A stretch of DNA of 62,712 nucleotides, counting the filler, from Klebsormidium nitens (lineage: Eukaryota > Plantae > Klebsormidiophyceae), in the NCBI GenBank assembly GCA_000708835.1. It is 4 parts of 4 records of this genome, joined end to end, with 100 filler letters (N's around TTAATTAATTAA, not from the genome) between each part and the next. Parts side by side here need not be neighbours in the genome. Positions count along the whole stretch, not along the records: positions 1 to 26,605 come from DF237822.1; 3 more parts are not named here. The stretch is one strand, 5' to 3'. Below, piece after piece: positions 1-13,155 of this stretch. How positions within the stretch are numbered: position 1 is the stretch's first letter; each line of letters starts with the position of its first letter. A model generated the notes under the pieces. That model did not search any database. It was not told where the DNA came from and worked only from the letters and a program-made list of their open reading frames with translations. Both the position numbers and the translations under genes were made by a program.

Positions 1-415
1 ATATGCTCAACATGGAGAGCGCTAACTGGGCGCTCATGCCTGGTATGCACAGCGCTGACGTGGCGCTCACGTATTCTCGAGGCTATGCAGCACCGACAAT
101 CGGTTGCCTGACAAATGTCCGGAGATCTCAGATCCAGTGCTCGGACTGCAACTTGCAAGTCCTACAAGGTGGTACATAATAACCCTCGGATCTGAAAAAC
201 CATTCAGTGGCACCACTATGAGGTGCCTGCGGAGAGGCAAAATTGAGCAACCTTAAAGTGGCAACCGGTCTAAGGACGATTGTTAACAAGACAAACCTTT
301 ACAAGAAACTCATAAGACACGCGTCAATGAGAATCTCACTCGAAAAGACATGCCCCTCAGCATTCGAGTAAGCTTCGAGTCCGCAGAAAGTTGCTTCCCT
401 GTCTAAGATCTAAAA

Positions 416-2925
416 CTATGTGACTATGTCAGCTGCCTGGGGCGGTAAAGCAGCCGGCGCATCCGGCACCTCCGCCGGCTGCGGGGCCGCGATCGTAACT
501 AGCTTCTGCCGGAAATCCACCATGCCTTGCAGAGCGTGCTGAGCGCAGCGCCGCGGCTTGGCGTCGTCGGGCAAACCAAAGATGACGGGCTTCTGGTGGC
601 ACGTGGGGTGGGAGCATTGGAGGTGCAGAATGTTGGTCTGCCCCGGGAGGCAGTGCGCCTTGCACCGGCTGGGCGTCGTTTCCCCCCAGAACCCAAACAG
701 CGGTCGGATCTGGCACTCGGGCTCCGCACACAGGCGCGAGCGCGTGTTGCCCATTCCCGGCAGCATGTGCTCCTTGCACCGGCTGGGGCGCTCCCCCGCG
801 AACCCGTACGACGGCTGCGTGCTGCACCCGCCCTCGAACTTGCACCGCTTGTTGATCACGTCCTGCGGCAACGATGAGCAGAGGGTCAAGGCCATGACGG
901 GGACACGCCGCAGCCAGAGCTCGACGAGCAACAAGGTAACCTGACTCTACAGGAAATCTTGCAAGCTACCAAGTGCGGGTCTTCTAAGTTCGTTCCGCCA
1001 ATGCGCCAGCCGCCGTGGGGCTATTCAGCGAGTTGCCCTAACGCGCACCCGTGAATTTGACAGCATCCCAAAAACACCGCTCGACTGCAATCGGTCAGCA
1101 GCACCCTCCCGACCAGAAACGTAGACTCTGCCCAACTGTAGACAAAGTGCCTTTTCTCAATTGCAGGCGAAAGGAACCCTGCAATTACATATCGTCCAAT
1201 CCTCGCACTCTCACGACAGGCTCGGGCTACTTTAACAACGAGGAAAGAAGCACCAAATGCATCTTAAGACCAGCAAGCTTCGTGGCAGAAGAGGGTTCTA
1301 AAACTGCAACAAACGATAGTTTCATGTAATCGTTAACAGGGAGCCTTGATCGAGCGGGGCGCGACTGACCACCATGCCCTTGAGCATGTGCGCCTTGCAC
1401 CGCGTCGCTTTCTTGTCCCCCGGGAAGCTCATCACGGGGCCCTTGGTGCAGCCGACGTGTTGGCACCGCTTGTTCTTGCGGTTCACCATCCTGCGCAACC
1501 CAGAATGCAACGTCAGAATTGCCGATTTCGGACCAGCAGCGTCTCTTTGTGAAGGAACACGGGATACAGGAGCGCCCCGAGTATGTTGACCTACGCATAG
1601 GCCTAGTTTGCCTGGAAGTAACGTCACATCTACAGCCAAGACGAATAGCTGGTCCAATGCGACCGAAGCAGGAAAGCTTGAAAGAAGTACAAAGAAATCA
1701 ACGGAAAGGCTTACGAATCTTGTGATTGGTCAGAAGTTGATAAAAACGGAAAGAGTGTCCCAACATGGGTCTTCAGGGACCATATGGTCTACGGTTGGAG
1801 GGGTAACTGAAGGGAATTGGACATGAGAAGAAGAGAATCGCAGCGGTGACTCCACAGTCGAGGTCAAAGGATACGATTATCCGCGACGATTCAAAGTATG
1901 TTGGCCCCTGAATCTTGGAAAGCCCTCGTGTTTATATCCGAATGAAGTATTGCGACGCAAATAGCCAAAGATTGTTCCCCAGGAAAGGCGAAATTGTTTG
2001 TATGAGTGTGGGCTTTGAAACTACGAGGACCCGGGCACCGAACCGAACCCCCGAGGATCTGTACTCCGAAGGAGGGATACCAGCACAACAACTTGCGTAC
2101 CTTACAGCAGACACGCTTCCCAGCGTTCTTCTTTCAAGAGGCTTAGAAGCAAAAGTGACACCTTCAGGACTCTCTTTTGTCTCATTATTTAAGCAGCTAC
2201 CTCGAAAATCGCTCAAGTTCCCTGACGTCTGCCTGTGGCAACTGATAGTGACAGAGCCCTGCCCTAAGAGGCCTTGCAAGAGGGATCCACCGATTTCGAG
2301 CCCCCGAAATTGTCCCAAAACGAATGTCTTACTTCTGCAGAACCCGAAGTCAGCAAAAGGGCAGCCCCCTCACCCCGGCTTCTTGTGCGCCTTGCAGTAC
2401 ATGCGCGTGCGGTCGTGCTCGTTGTCCAGGCTGTAGCTCGCGTACTTGTCACACCCCGCCTGCCGGCACTTCTTGCTGTCCTTGTGCGGGTCCCGCGCCT
2501 CCTCCTCCTCTTCTTCCGCCCCCTCCCCCTCCGTCTCCTCCTCCTGCGGCGGTGCCACCATGAGCGCCCCGCTGTAGTGCGCCGGGATGTGCGCGCTCTG
2601 GAGGGGGGCCTGCGGCAGGCGGGCACTCTTCTGGGGGGACCGCATTTGGTTTGGTAACAGGGGGGCGGCCAGGATCTGAGACGAGCTGTGCACCCCGACC
2701 GTGTGCCCAAAGTGGTGCCCGATCGGGTGCCCGTCGGAAGACACCAGAATGTGATGCTGCGGCATCATGTGCAGCGAGCGCGCGTGGGGGCCCAGTGCTT
2801 GGGGGGGGTCCGCCAGGTGCACAGGCGCCTGCAGCTGGGTGGGCCGCGGGATGGGGGGGGCGGCGGGGCCGTTGCCGCGGCCGCGCTTTCGTGGATTACC
2901 GGGAGGGGGGGAAGAGTAGATTGGC
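416..2925 (-). CDS. EsV-1-7 cysteine-rich repeat protein, 3' exons (about 2925-2373, 1490-1370, 862-416), five repeats
   Basis: Repeats of C-x4/5-C-x3/4-[PA]-x-[FY]-[GS]...[PA]-x-[RY]-C-x2-H-x3-G-[MQ], e.g. CKFEGGCSTQPSYGFAGERPSRCKEHMLPGM, CQHVGCTKGPVMSFPGDKKATRCKAHMLKGM, CRQAGCDKYASYSLDNEHDRTRMYCKAHKKPG. GT-AG splicing joins KKPG|MVNRKN and GMV|DVINKRC in frame. The match to the EsV-1-7 family (PF19114) is from recalled consensus. Confidence 0.8.
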
Positions 2926-3415
2926 TGCAGGGAAGGAGTGATGTGCCGGTTGGGACGGAGCAGCAGAAAGACCGCACATCTTTTGATTCTGGCTTGGGAT
3001 GTTTGGACCAGCTCTTGCAAACTACACAAAAGGGCACGGAACATACGCAGGTCCTTGTTCAAAGAAACAAGAGGGCACAAAGGCAACTTACGGGAGGAGG
3101 CCGGTAGGTGAGGGGGGGGTTGGTCATGGGGATGAGACGGGCCCAATCAACCTTTGGCAGCTTCACAACCACTGTTTCGCCCTGCACAGTCGGGACAGCA
3201 CAAGGTCAGGGGAGAGTGCTTTTGGAGAACCTAGCAGCTTTGAACACCTCTTGTGACATCCATATGCAGAGCCATTGCGCGACCCAGTCGCTTGGGCCTC
3301 CACCATTCGGGACCTTCATCAGAATCAAGTGACAGACTCTTCAATGCAGATTGTAGGTCATCCCTCAAGTTCCGGAGACTCATCGCTGGGCGTGCTTATA
3401 TGCCCCCGTGCTCAC

Positions 3416-4793
3416 CTGCTGTTCGCCCCCCTCGAGCGCCTGCTGTAAATCGTGCAGAGCGCCGGTGAGGGCAGTCTCGCGGTGGGTGTGCTCCTGCAGG
3501 AGGGGGCAGAGCACACATCAGGGGAATATGGGCAATCTCAGCAAAATGGTGGGTAATGTGCGGGAGTAGCTGGTAATATGCTTACAGCTGCTATTTACGA
3601 ACTTTGAAGTGAGGGCCAAGACCAATGCAAGGGTACTACCGCAAGGTCCCCTTGCATTTCCTTCAGTGCGGCCCTCTCACAAATGCTGCTTCAAACACTG
3701 TAAGTGATCCAAGCGACCAGCACTCCGGAGAGTCTGGCATCACTTGGTGCGGTCAAAGCACCTACCGCGATGCGTTTGTCGAGCTCCTCCTGCGCCAGCT
3801 TGTCGGACTGCGCCATGGCCCCCTTAAACATCTCCCGCTGCCGGGCCAGCTCTGCGGACGCCTCGCTGGCGCGCACTTCCAGCTCACTCTGCAGCGCCTG
3901 GGACACCACAGACAAGCACGGGGATCATTTGCAACGGCTGGCTGTCAATTCTACCGGTTTCTCATTCTACAATGATTTACCTATTGAAAAGTCTCCCGCA
4001 TAAATGCCCGATTTGACCTCCTTGATCGTCAGAATCTGGTCTCCTCACTGTCTGAAATATCCAAATGTTGCATATTCTTGCTTTGAGGACGAAGGTTTGA
4101 TTGTCTATTAGCAGCCAGCCCGAGCAACCAACACCAAATTGCAGGGAAGAACTCCAAGGCCATTGGTTACAGGAAAAGGGGGCTGCGTCAAACGCGCCTG
4201 AGTGCTCACCTTAATCTGTGCTTGCAGCTGTGTGACTTGCTCTTGCAGCTGCGCCACGTCTGGTTCTTGGGGCCCCTCCAGGGCGGGCAAGGCCTCCTGG
4301 CCCGGGCCCTCTGCCAGCAAGAGGCCCTCTGCGGCTGCCCCCGCCACGTCCATCTTTGTTGCCGCTGTGGCCAGAGGCCCAGCAATGTCTCAGCAATTTA
4401 CGGGTCTGGCAAAAGCCGACCTAACAGCGAGATGACAAACAGTTCCGGAGCTCGAAGATGCTCAGAATTTTAAGGTGGACGTCGCACAAGCAGGGGAACC
4501 GTCGTCTTCTCCAGCATATTCCTTGTCTAGCTGCGTGGGCGGCCTCTTTTCTGCTCCTCACTTGCCCTCGCAGATCTTCTTTGCTCTCCTCTCCCTCTTT
4601 TCCTCTCTCTGCCCCGGCCTCTCTTCCCTCCTGCTCAAGCCATTGGACCTGATTACAACTTCCGAGTTGTGCCATGTGGTGCCTTCAGACTTCACTGCGA
4701 CAGTGCGAGCTACAGTCTCAGATGTGTCAGCAGAGGCCAATTTGAACTTGCCAGGCAGGCATTGTAACGTATGGGATAGCGACATCTGTACAC
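3416..4793 (-). CDS. Probable upstream coiled-coil exons of the EsV-1-7 repeat gene (3416-3493, ~3766-3897, ~4211-4353, possibly 4562-4793)
   Basis: Same strand, bounded by cag/gtgag or gtagg splice signals. Heptad-like peptides: EHTHRETALTGALHDLQQALEGGEQQ, ALQSELEVRASEASAELARQREMFKGAMAQSDKLAQEELDKRIA, DVAQLQEQVTQLQAQIK. The start codon is not resolved. Confidence 0.5.
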
Positions 4794-5071
4794 CTGAAAA
4801 ATTGAACCAATTCTAACCAATAACACCAAGCATTATCAAGGTCCGTGGGTGGTCCTTAACCAGGTAAATTGCGCATGCCTAGTTTCCAGCTTGTTGCTAG
4901 CTTTGACAATGTGCGGATGAGGGCTGAGGATTCGCAGGAGCTCGATCACGCCTTCCAGCCTTCTAGGCTCGGGTGCGTGCCTCACAAGAGTATTGGACCA
5001 CTCATGTTCTGAGGCTTTGAAAGTGGTGTGAAATACGTGTCCCCTCTTTGCTGCGGTCCCGGTGTTGCACC

Positions 5072-7372
5072 ATGAGTGCCCGCGGTGCCCCCAGCTACTC
5101 CCCTTACTCTGGGATAGAGGAGCGCGTCATGCAGGAGGACGGTGCGGGACCCGCCAGCCGCAGCGTGCTGGGAGCGGACAGCAGGAGGCAGGATGGGCGT
5201 CTGCCAGAGGAATGTCGACCAGCATGTGAGGCTCGGGCGACGGTGGCATGGTGGATGGTGGAACTGGGCAGAACGATAATGTCATTGTTAACCTGCCCCT
5301 GATATTCCTAGATTCGTGGGCTCAATCTGCAAGGGTAGGGGTAACAAGCAGCAGCAGAAGAACATCTGCAATGGTCCAAAAGTGAGCCTCTGCCTCCCCA
5401 CTTCTGGTGGAATGCCAACCACCTGACAATCGATGCATTCCCCAGTTTTGCAGGTTGGGACGGTCAGCAGGGCGGCGGGATCCGCCTACGCTGAGTTTGC
5501 AAGCACAAAGGTGCTGGTGGCAGTGTGAGGACAGACCCAATAACCTCAATTCAGTTGCGCCCCTCCAAAGAGTTGTCTGCATTACGTCTTGTGAGCAGTC
5601 CAACGCTTTTTATTAGGGGGTTTCTGTAACATTGGGGCGTGTTTTAAGATGGAGCTTCTGTGTGCACACCTCGCAGGTCATAATTCATGAGCTTCATACG
5701 CATTGCTGCAGGTATGGCCCCCGTGAGTCGCGCAAGGCTGCTGCGTACAGCGACACCAGCCGCCTGACCTGCGACGTCAAGCTGGCCGCCTTTGCCACCA
5801 AGAGCCGCGGCAAGTACGGCCAGGTGGGCACGCCCGCTGCCTGCGCACACTTGCCTGGTTGGGTACTATTACGTGGGCCTTTCAGAGCATGTGTTCATGC
5901 CATGATGAGCACTGGTTCGGCTGGTTTACTCACGTGTGTAGTCCTGTCATTTTGCCCCACCGATATGGCTCTGCCTGTCCCCTGAGAGTCTTCTTGATGA
6001 CCAAACATTTGATCTCCCCAATCTTTCCCATTATTAAGCCCCACTGCCACATCATTGTTTGTCGTCCCCCGCCACAGGGCACGGCCGAGCGCGAGCTGTC
6101 GGACCTGCTGCACAAGGCGCTTGTATCAGCGGTGCGCCTCGACACCTTCCCCAAGGCCTCAGTCGACGTCTTTGCGCTTGTCCTGGAATCGGGGGGAGGT
6201 CAGCCTTCAGAAACCCCCCTCGATTGCGCCGACCTGAAGTTTCACGAGCCCTGCCAGATTGCGTTCCCCTCTCCTTTCTAGCTGGAGAGGTTCTCATGTC
6301 CAAGGAGTGCCTCTTCTCGACATCCATCACATCAAGAAAAAGCTTCCTTGAGGGTCTATTCACCGTGGCGCTGTGGTCAGTTGCACACGCTCCGATCGTG
6401 CCACAGTATGCCCCCTCTTTTCATACTTTGTGACGCCCCGTGGGTTCCTGGTTGCGCAGCGGACTTGGCTGTTGTGGTGACTGCCGCGTCGCTGGCCCTG
6501 GCGGACGCGGGCATTGAGATGCTCGACATGGTGGCAGCTACTTCGCTGGTGAGCGGGCTGCACAGATTTCCGCTTATTCGATGATTGTTTATGTGGACGC
6601 CTGTCATCTGTCTCGGCTTCTTTCGAAGTGGTCACAGCGTGACCTTGCATGACCCTTGCTGTACTTCATGTGCTGACCGGTTTCTGACTGTTAGTCCATA
6701 AGGTCCAAAAGATCCCAACTGAAAGAGTCAGCACCCAATATGTCCAAAAGAAGGCGTGTTCCGAAAGTTCCTGGTGCCCACTGTGGTACAGAGGGCGTTG
6801 AGCAGGCTCCGAATCGATTCACCATATATTTCTTAAGTATCCAAGGCTGGCCAGTTCTTAGCCGTGCCTGGCAGTCTCAGCTGCCCTGTGACCGTTGTGT
6901 GAGCAGAGCCTGGTGGGCGGTCACTTGCTGGTGGACCCCGCTGCGAGCGAGGAGCGCGCGCAGGACGGCAACGTGCTGGTGGCCCTGATGCCCGCCAGGA
7001 ATGAGGTCACGCAGATGCACCTCGCAGGGGCCTGGCCCGACACGCACGCCGCGCAGGTGAGCAGGAGGGGCAACTTCAGGGGCAGAGGCATCAGAGTCCT
7101 GGATCGAAACTGGAGGCCTGTTTTGGCTTCTATACGGTTTTGCACTCTTTACAGACGGGCAGGCAGGGGCTTCAAGTTAGCACACGGCAGTAGAGGCGTT
7201 GCCAAAGCCCTGTGGGCTGTTCATGCTTATTTTTTTTCGAGACGATGGAGCTTAACAGCTGTTGCTGCGGTTTGTGCAGGCCATCGAGCTCTGCCTGGAT
7301 GGGTGCCACAAGCTGGACGGGGAGATGCGGGCATGCTTACGAGAGCACGCCGCCACAGCCAATGGCAGCTGA
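5072..7372 (+). CDS. RRP41L: Exosome complex RNase PH-like subunit RRP41-like/MTR3, 7 exons (5072-5225, 5446-5524, 5712-5823, 6078-6198, 6460-6548, 6907-7056, 7280-7372)
   Basis: The spliced translation gives [46 protein letters not shown]...TFPKASVDVFALVLESG-ADLAVVVTAASLALADAG...AIELCLDGCHKL, matching plant RRP41L/MTR3. All intron phases are compatible. Confidence 0.92.
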
Positions 7373-8590
7373 CGCGCGAAGTGATTCGTTCGTAGCTCGC
7401 AATTTGAGTAAATGCCGAGGGTATTAGCTGTGACATGTCTTTTCGCAACCAATGCGTACATGCTGACTGAGGGCACCAGCTGTAAATGGCCGTTGTGAAC
7501 CCATGTCACGGTCTACGCGTCCGGCGGCCTCCGGCCGCTCCTACTTTCACTGCGTAGATAGTACCGACTGTTAATTACATGGTTAAGCTCTCGTTCATCG
7601 ACTGTTTGTGGACTCAACTTATCAGCTTGAGCAAACGCAAAGCCGCATAAGCTATGCTGAGGGTATGCCTCCCAATCACACATGCCTGGATCGAGCAGGC
7701 CGTTGCCAGTTGCGGGCGCTACTAGGCTAGCCGGCAGCGGCCACGGGCGGCTAGGAATCCATCCGGGATCTTAAGCAGCTTAAGGCAAATGATTGCCTGC
7801 GCGGCCAGCTACCTCTCAGTATTGTACGTGTTCTTTTGCCAGGCGCAGTCACGTTCGATAAAACTCCAATTAACGCGGGGCGGCCCGCCGAGCTATAGCT
7901 AGCGGCGGCCATACATGAATTATAGCTATATATATACGTACATGCCAATGCTCGGCGGCCATATATATGTCTTTTCCATGTACGTTTATTTATGCGCGAG
8001 GTATCATTGTCGCATATACATATATTTTATAGTACGCACATGGGCTTCATTCAAGCTCTAGCCGGAACCGTCCGACCATATATTCATTTAACAATCTCAT
8101 GGTCAACATGATGGTATCCGGCACACAATCAAGCCTGGCCGGGCGGGCGGCCAGCTTGTGTTTTGCATGAATCAATCACGTCTGATCCAATCGATTCCTC
8201 TGCGTCCGCATCATTCCTGACAACGCAGTGGAAGCCGAACTGGCAAACCTTAAGCAAGATAATTTCCCACCTTTGATATATTGCAGTGGACTCACGAAAA
8301 AACCCTTCAGTGATAAACGTCACTCAACGACTTTGAGATACCCAAACAAATGTTTCAAGTATCCAAGTAACCAAAGCAATTGAGGCCCTATCTACGCAAT
8401 ACTCTGATAAGAGGTCTCTTGTGCGCGCATCAAAGTGAACCGTGTCGTCAAGTTTCTATTGCGAGCCCACGGGCTTCATAGTAGACAAGGGCTCACTGAC
8501 ATGATCAAACAATTTCTTCCAGTATAACGGTCCAGTAATGTGCTCAACCGGCAAGCTTCGGCTGTACCAAACCTGGACCGCCATCCCTGC

Positions 8591-11500
8591 TTAAAGCGGC
8601 CCTTGCCTTCCATGTTGGTTGCGTGTCCGGATGTCCGCCACCAGCTCGTCTGAGAGCTTCCCGTTGGTCTGCAAAAACGATACCCAGCCACCGCTCAGAT
8701 GCGATGCTTCAGAGTCGAGCCATCTTTCTATGTACTTGTTTCGACGGAGAAAGAGGCTATGCGCAACTCATTCTTGACAACCATCCCCTGTGCAAAAGGA
8801 AGTAACTTTTGCAGTTCCTCTGAGAGCAGACGTGATACAAGAAGAGCGCGAGTCCCCCATACGACAGCGGCTGTCTTGCTGGCCGTGCTGACCTGGAAGT
8901 GGCGCATGTGCAGGATGGAGTCGGAGCCGAGGTCCACTGCGGCCTTGCCCGCCACGGTGCGGTCGACCATGCGCGGCTGGAAAGCGTCCAGCAGCGCCTC
9001 GCCGGGGGTGCCGATGCGCCGGCACACCATCAGCAGCGCGTCCAGCGAGTTCATCTGGAAAAGCGAGTGGGTTAACAGCATTTCAGAACGACGTTGGCCG
9101 AGTGACACCTGCTCTGAATAAAATCAGAATATCTCCGCGACTGCCTATCTCTGAAGAAAACAAGCATTTAGAATCTTTCTCTGAACGAGTAACGCCTCGA
9201 CCAATCATTCATCGAATGATCTCAATGACTGCCACTTTCCAGGATGGTTGGATATCGAGATTCTCAAAAACCGCTAAACATCCTGACAACAAAAATGACA
9301 GAGCATCCTTTGAGACGGCGGTCACCTTCATGTACGGGCACGACGCACACCCCCCCGCTGTAGAGCAGCCCTCTCCCGCCGCCACTCCCGGCACAATCGT
9401 CAGCCCCGCCAGTGCCTCCGAGCCACCACTGCCGTTCTCCCCCGTGGCCGTCACTGCGTCGGCACTGACGGGAAACACGATTTCCACCTCGACCGGTGTA
9501 TCGTTCCCAGCCGCGCGCGCTTCCTTGAGGATCCCCTTGACCTTGTTCACGATGGCCGTCACCATGCCCGCTTCTGTGCCCAGCACGAACTGCAGCCGCT
9601 GCGCGTACCCCGCCGCCAGCGCGGCCTGCGTGCGCTCCGCAATGAAATCCAGGATGTTCTTGGTGCTGCCGACGATGCCCATGCCGCGCGCCGCCGCCTC
9701 CAGCGCCAGGTCGAACATCTCGCCCGGCACCTCGAAGTGCGCAGCCTGGTACGCATCGCCGTAGCTGGCGCGCACGCGCTGCGTCACCGCCTGCCCAAAC
9801 ATGTCGTGGACCATGCATGCGCCGTCCTGCGGGCGGCGAGCATAGATTCGGGTATAAAAGAAGAGAGCCGTCTCTTCATAACCATCTTTCCACTGGCCAG
9901 CTCTCGTTAAAGTGCCTCTGGGCTACCTATCGAAGGACTTATCCAATTGGAGTATCAGATGAAGGCTGATACTCCACACGTCCTCAAACCGTCACCTCCA
10001 GTCTCTGCAATAACCTCGTGCCTCTCAGAGTACAAATCTCCGGAGACACTCTCTCAAATGGTTAGGGATACCAAGTCTGCCCCCGTCAAGCTCGGCGAAT
10101 CCGTTCCCTGCCGTGGCAGGGCCGTGGCGTACCTGGAAGTAGTGGAGGCGCGGCAGGAGCGCCCGGATGGAGGCCTGCGTGTGCGCGGGGTGCACCTTGG
10201 CCACGTCCTCGTCGCTCTGTGTGGCCAGCTGGCGCAGCAGCGTGCCCAGGTTGCCGCCCATGTACGTATCGGGGCCGTAGTACACGCTGCACTCTGGGAC
10301 TTGCGCAAACGCCTGCAGCAAAGGTGGAGGAGATGATTGTATCACCAGCAGAGGGCGCCAAGGCGCACCACACCAGACCAAGCGTTTTGGACACAGATGC
10401 ATACACAAGGTCACACGTGAAGGGAGGATGGAAGCGCAGATCGCTGCTTTGAGAAGTGCCAACGTTCTTTATGGCTGGATTCCCCCCGTTGCTGTCTTGA
10501 CTGGCTCAAAGAAGGTACACCTGACCACACAACTCCAAGTTGAACATATTCTATCTTTGTCGACGCCTCCTCCGCACCACCTTTTCGCGCAACTATTGAG
10601 ATGAAGCAAAGGGTGCAGGGGGCCCCGGGACGTAAGGCAGTGCCTTCTAATTAGGCCGCTTGTCAAAAGCTCTGTGGAAAGTGCCCCTCAACCACCGGCA
10701 AGAAGAGCCAGGACTCCTATCAACAATTCTCCACCCGTCTCTGGCAGAGGCTCCCAATGAACCGGATTGGTTCAAGCCCCGAGAGTGATTGAAAGCCAGA
10801 AGCCCCTCTAGAATTTGTGTAAACCCTGAAAAGCGATCCTCCACAAGACCTGTGACCAATGGCTCCCTCTCAAGACTGCCCATCTTCTTTCAGCGCTGTG
10901 CGGCGCCTGCCCTCACCTGCAGCACTGTCTGCACCACGTTGGAGGAGGTGCACGTGATGGTCGGCACGCGCGCGTGCGCCTCCGCCTTGGTGCCCAGGCT
11001 CGTGTTGATGTAGATCACGTGCAGGCTGCCCGGCGTCCCCGCCGCCTCCTCCAGAAAGTCAACATACGCGGGGCTCTCTGCCGCCTCCGCCAGGCTGCAC
11101 CCAATGTGCTCCGCGGCCATGCGGTACACCGGCACCTCGGGGTAGCCCCCACGGCTCAGGATCGCGCGCACGTTTTCACTCATGAAGTCCACCCCCAGCA
11201 CTGCGATCCGCTCGCACCCCGCGGCCGCCATGCTGACGGCACGGTCGGCCATGACCAGGCTGTCGCTGATGTGGATGTGCGGCCACTGCCGCGCGGCGGC
11301 CGCCAGGACCCCCTGCACCTGGGGGTCCATGTAAAAGTGCGCCACCACGCCAATCTTTTTCTCGCGCAGCAGGTTTACCAGCTCTGTCACCGCGGCAGGG
11401 TCGGGGGACAGGTACTCCGCCTGCGCGCGTGCAAACTCGCCCTGCGCCTCCACCGCCTCTCCCCCTGCTGTGATCAGCAGGGAGGGGAAGGGGGCTGGGG

Positions 11501-12798
11501 GAGCCTCCCCCGCGGCAGCGGCTACGGCGGCGCGCGTGCGTCGCTGGATGCTCTGGAGCATGTTGTAGAAGCCATTGATGCGAGAGCGGGACGTGACGGC
11601 GGACCCCAGCTGCAGGCCCGCCAGAGCGTCCTCCTGGACAGCCAGCACCTCAGCGGGGGGGCGGCCCCCTAGGGCAGCCACCAGTACGGCCACTAGCCCC
11701 CGGCTGAGCTCGCTGTCGCTGTCGCCCCCCAGCTGGACCAGGCCAGCATCATCCAGACACACTGTCACGTAGACCTGCGAAGAGGGGTCCACCGTGATAT
11801 GAGTCTCAATGTAGATTGAAAGTAATGGGCTTCCATAAGGGCTGAATCTCAGCTTGTGAAACCCTAAAGCGCCTAAACCCTAAACCCCCAGCATGATCTT
11901 GAAAATACTATGATGAATGTTTCAGGGGATTGCTCAGAAAACTTCAAGCACCTTTAACGCGTAACCCTGGACCTGCACCACCTAGCAACGAAAAACCATC
12001 AGATGTCGGGAATCGATTATCAGTCCGGCTGCAAGCTGCAGACTCCTGACTTGTCACGTATTCTGAAAGGCCAGCTGATCAGAGAACAACCAGAACCCAA
12101 ACTCCACTTGTCAGTCCTGAGACACCCCTTCAACCAACTAACATCCAGTCTCCTTGCGATGGATGCACTAGAAGTGGAGCAAAGACGTCGCACGAGGTAA
12201 GCTGTGGCCACCACAGTGATCAAGAGCCCCCTCTCCTGCCCCCTGCCCGCCCCACCTGTGCGGTGCAGCCCATGACCCTGTTGTCCGCCGTCTTGTCCCC
12301 CTCCCCCAACCGCGGCAGCCCCGCCGCATACTGCAGCAGCAGCCGGTACTTGCTCTGCCCGTCCGCCAGTGCCTCAAACCTTCGCCGCACCTCCTCCAGC
12401 CCCCACCCGCCCGTTTCAGTCACCACGTCCTGCACCACGCTGACTGCTGCGCGCACCTGCCGCCGCTCCCGCGCTGTGGCCCCTATGCTCCCCCGCTGCT
12501 TCCGACCCCCCTCCCTGCCTGCCTGTCCCTCAGCCCTGGCGAACGCCGGGCGAGTGGACTGGGGCCGCTGGCTGGAAGCGTCAGGGTGCCAGCTGGTCCC
12601 AAAAAAATCGCTCCTCGGCAGCTCCTTGCCGCAACGGCAAAAGAGAGGCCCACGCCTGGGTATTTTAAGAGGGCTGGGGCTGCTGGCCAGCGCCGCTGGC
12701 CTGGCTGGCTTGCCCCTCGCCTGACCCTGCCCATGGAGCACTTGGCCATCAGGCAGCAAGTGAGGGAAGCTGGCAGCAGATCTGGTGGCCACCTCCAT
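8591..12798 (-). CDS. QS: Plastid quinolinate synthase, SufE + NadA fusion, multi-exon with N-terminal transit peptide
   Basis: SufE motifs KYRLLLQYA...NRVMGCTAQV|YV...DSDSELSRGLVAVL. NadA motifs KIGVVAHFYMDPQVQGVL, SDSLVMAD, GVDFMSENVRA, IYINTSL, CTSSNVVQTVLQ, YGPDTYMGGN, GTEAGMV, GCASCPYMK|MNSL. Last exon 8668-8591 is TNGKLSDELVADIRTRNQHGRQGPL*. The ATG at 12798 is the likely start. Confidence 0.93.
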
Positions 12799-13155
12799 TT
12801 CTTGCACACCAGCACTGAACAGGACCTTTGTGTCTATGGGCTCAGATCTGTTGTTGATCAGCACTCGCGGGGGACTCCCTCCACCTCGTGCTGTTTATAA
12901 AGACAATAAAGACAAAAGCCCCTTCTCAATGGAAGGAAGCGTCTTTTCATGCCAAATCTGGAAGGAAATGCTGCCGTAGGGCTCCTCAGATTTGCAAAAC
13001 CTGCGTCTCTATTATTCTAAGTAGGTAGTGTGTTGCTGTTGATAAACTGTGCTCAGAGCTTTCTGCACTTTCCAGCTGCCTTCATGTAGGTAGGTACCTA
13101 TTAGTATGGGCCCTCCTTGGCTCTTCTGTTGACAGCTAGGCTTTCCTGAGGCTCA

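Noticed and set aside
1519-2436. Plus-strand ORFs up to 173 aa inside an intron of the EsV-1-7 gene
   Set aside because: No motifs and no splice context; most likely chance ORFs.
4558-4560. In-frame TGA followed by more open frame (EGK*GAEKR), a possible selenocysteine or readthrough
   Set aside because: It coincides with a canonical GTGAG splice donor, so the intron explanation is simpler. No SECIS evidence.
4793-5072. Very short bidirectional promoter between the EsV-1-7 gene and RRP41L
   Set aside because: The first exon and start of the minus-strand gene could not be fixed. The candidate ATG at 5005 does not splice in phase.
11860-11890. AAACCCTA motifs in a QS intron, and upstream of the protease gene (~18812-18880)
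   Set aside because: Short telo-box-like matches are common and too few to call a functional site or an interstitial telomere.
8591-12798. SufE-NadA domain fusion
   Set aside because: Already well known for plant quinolinate synthase (SufE3/QS); not novel.
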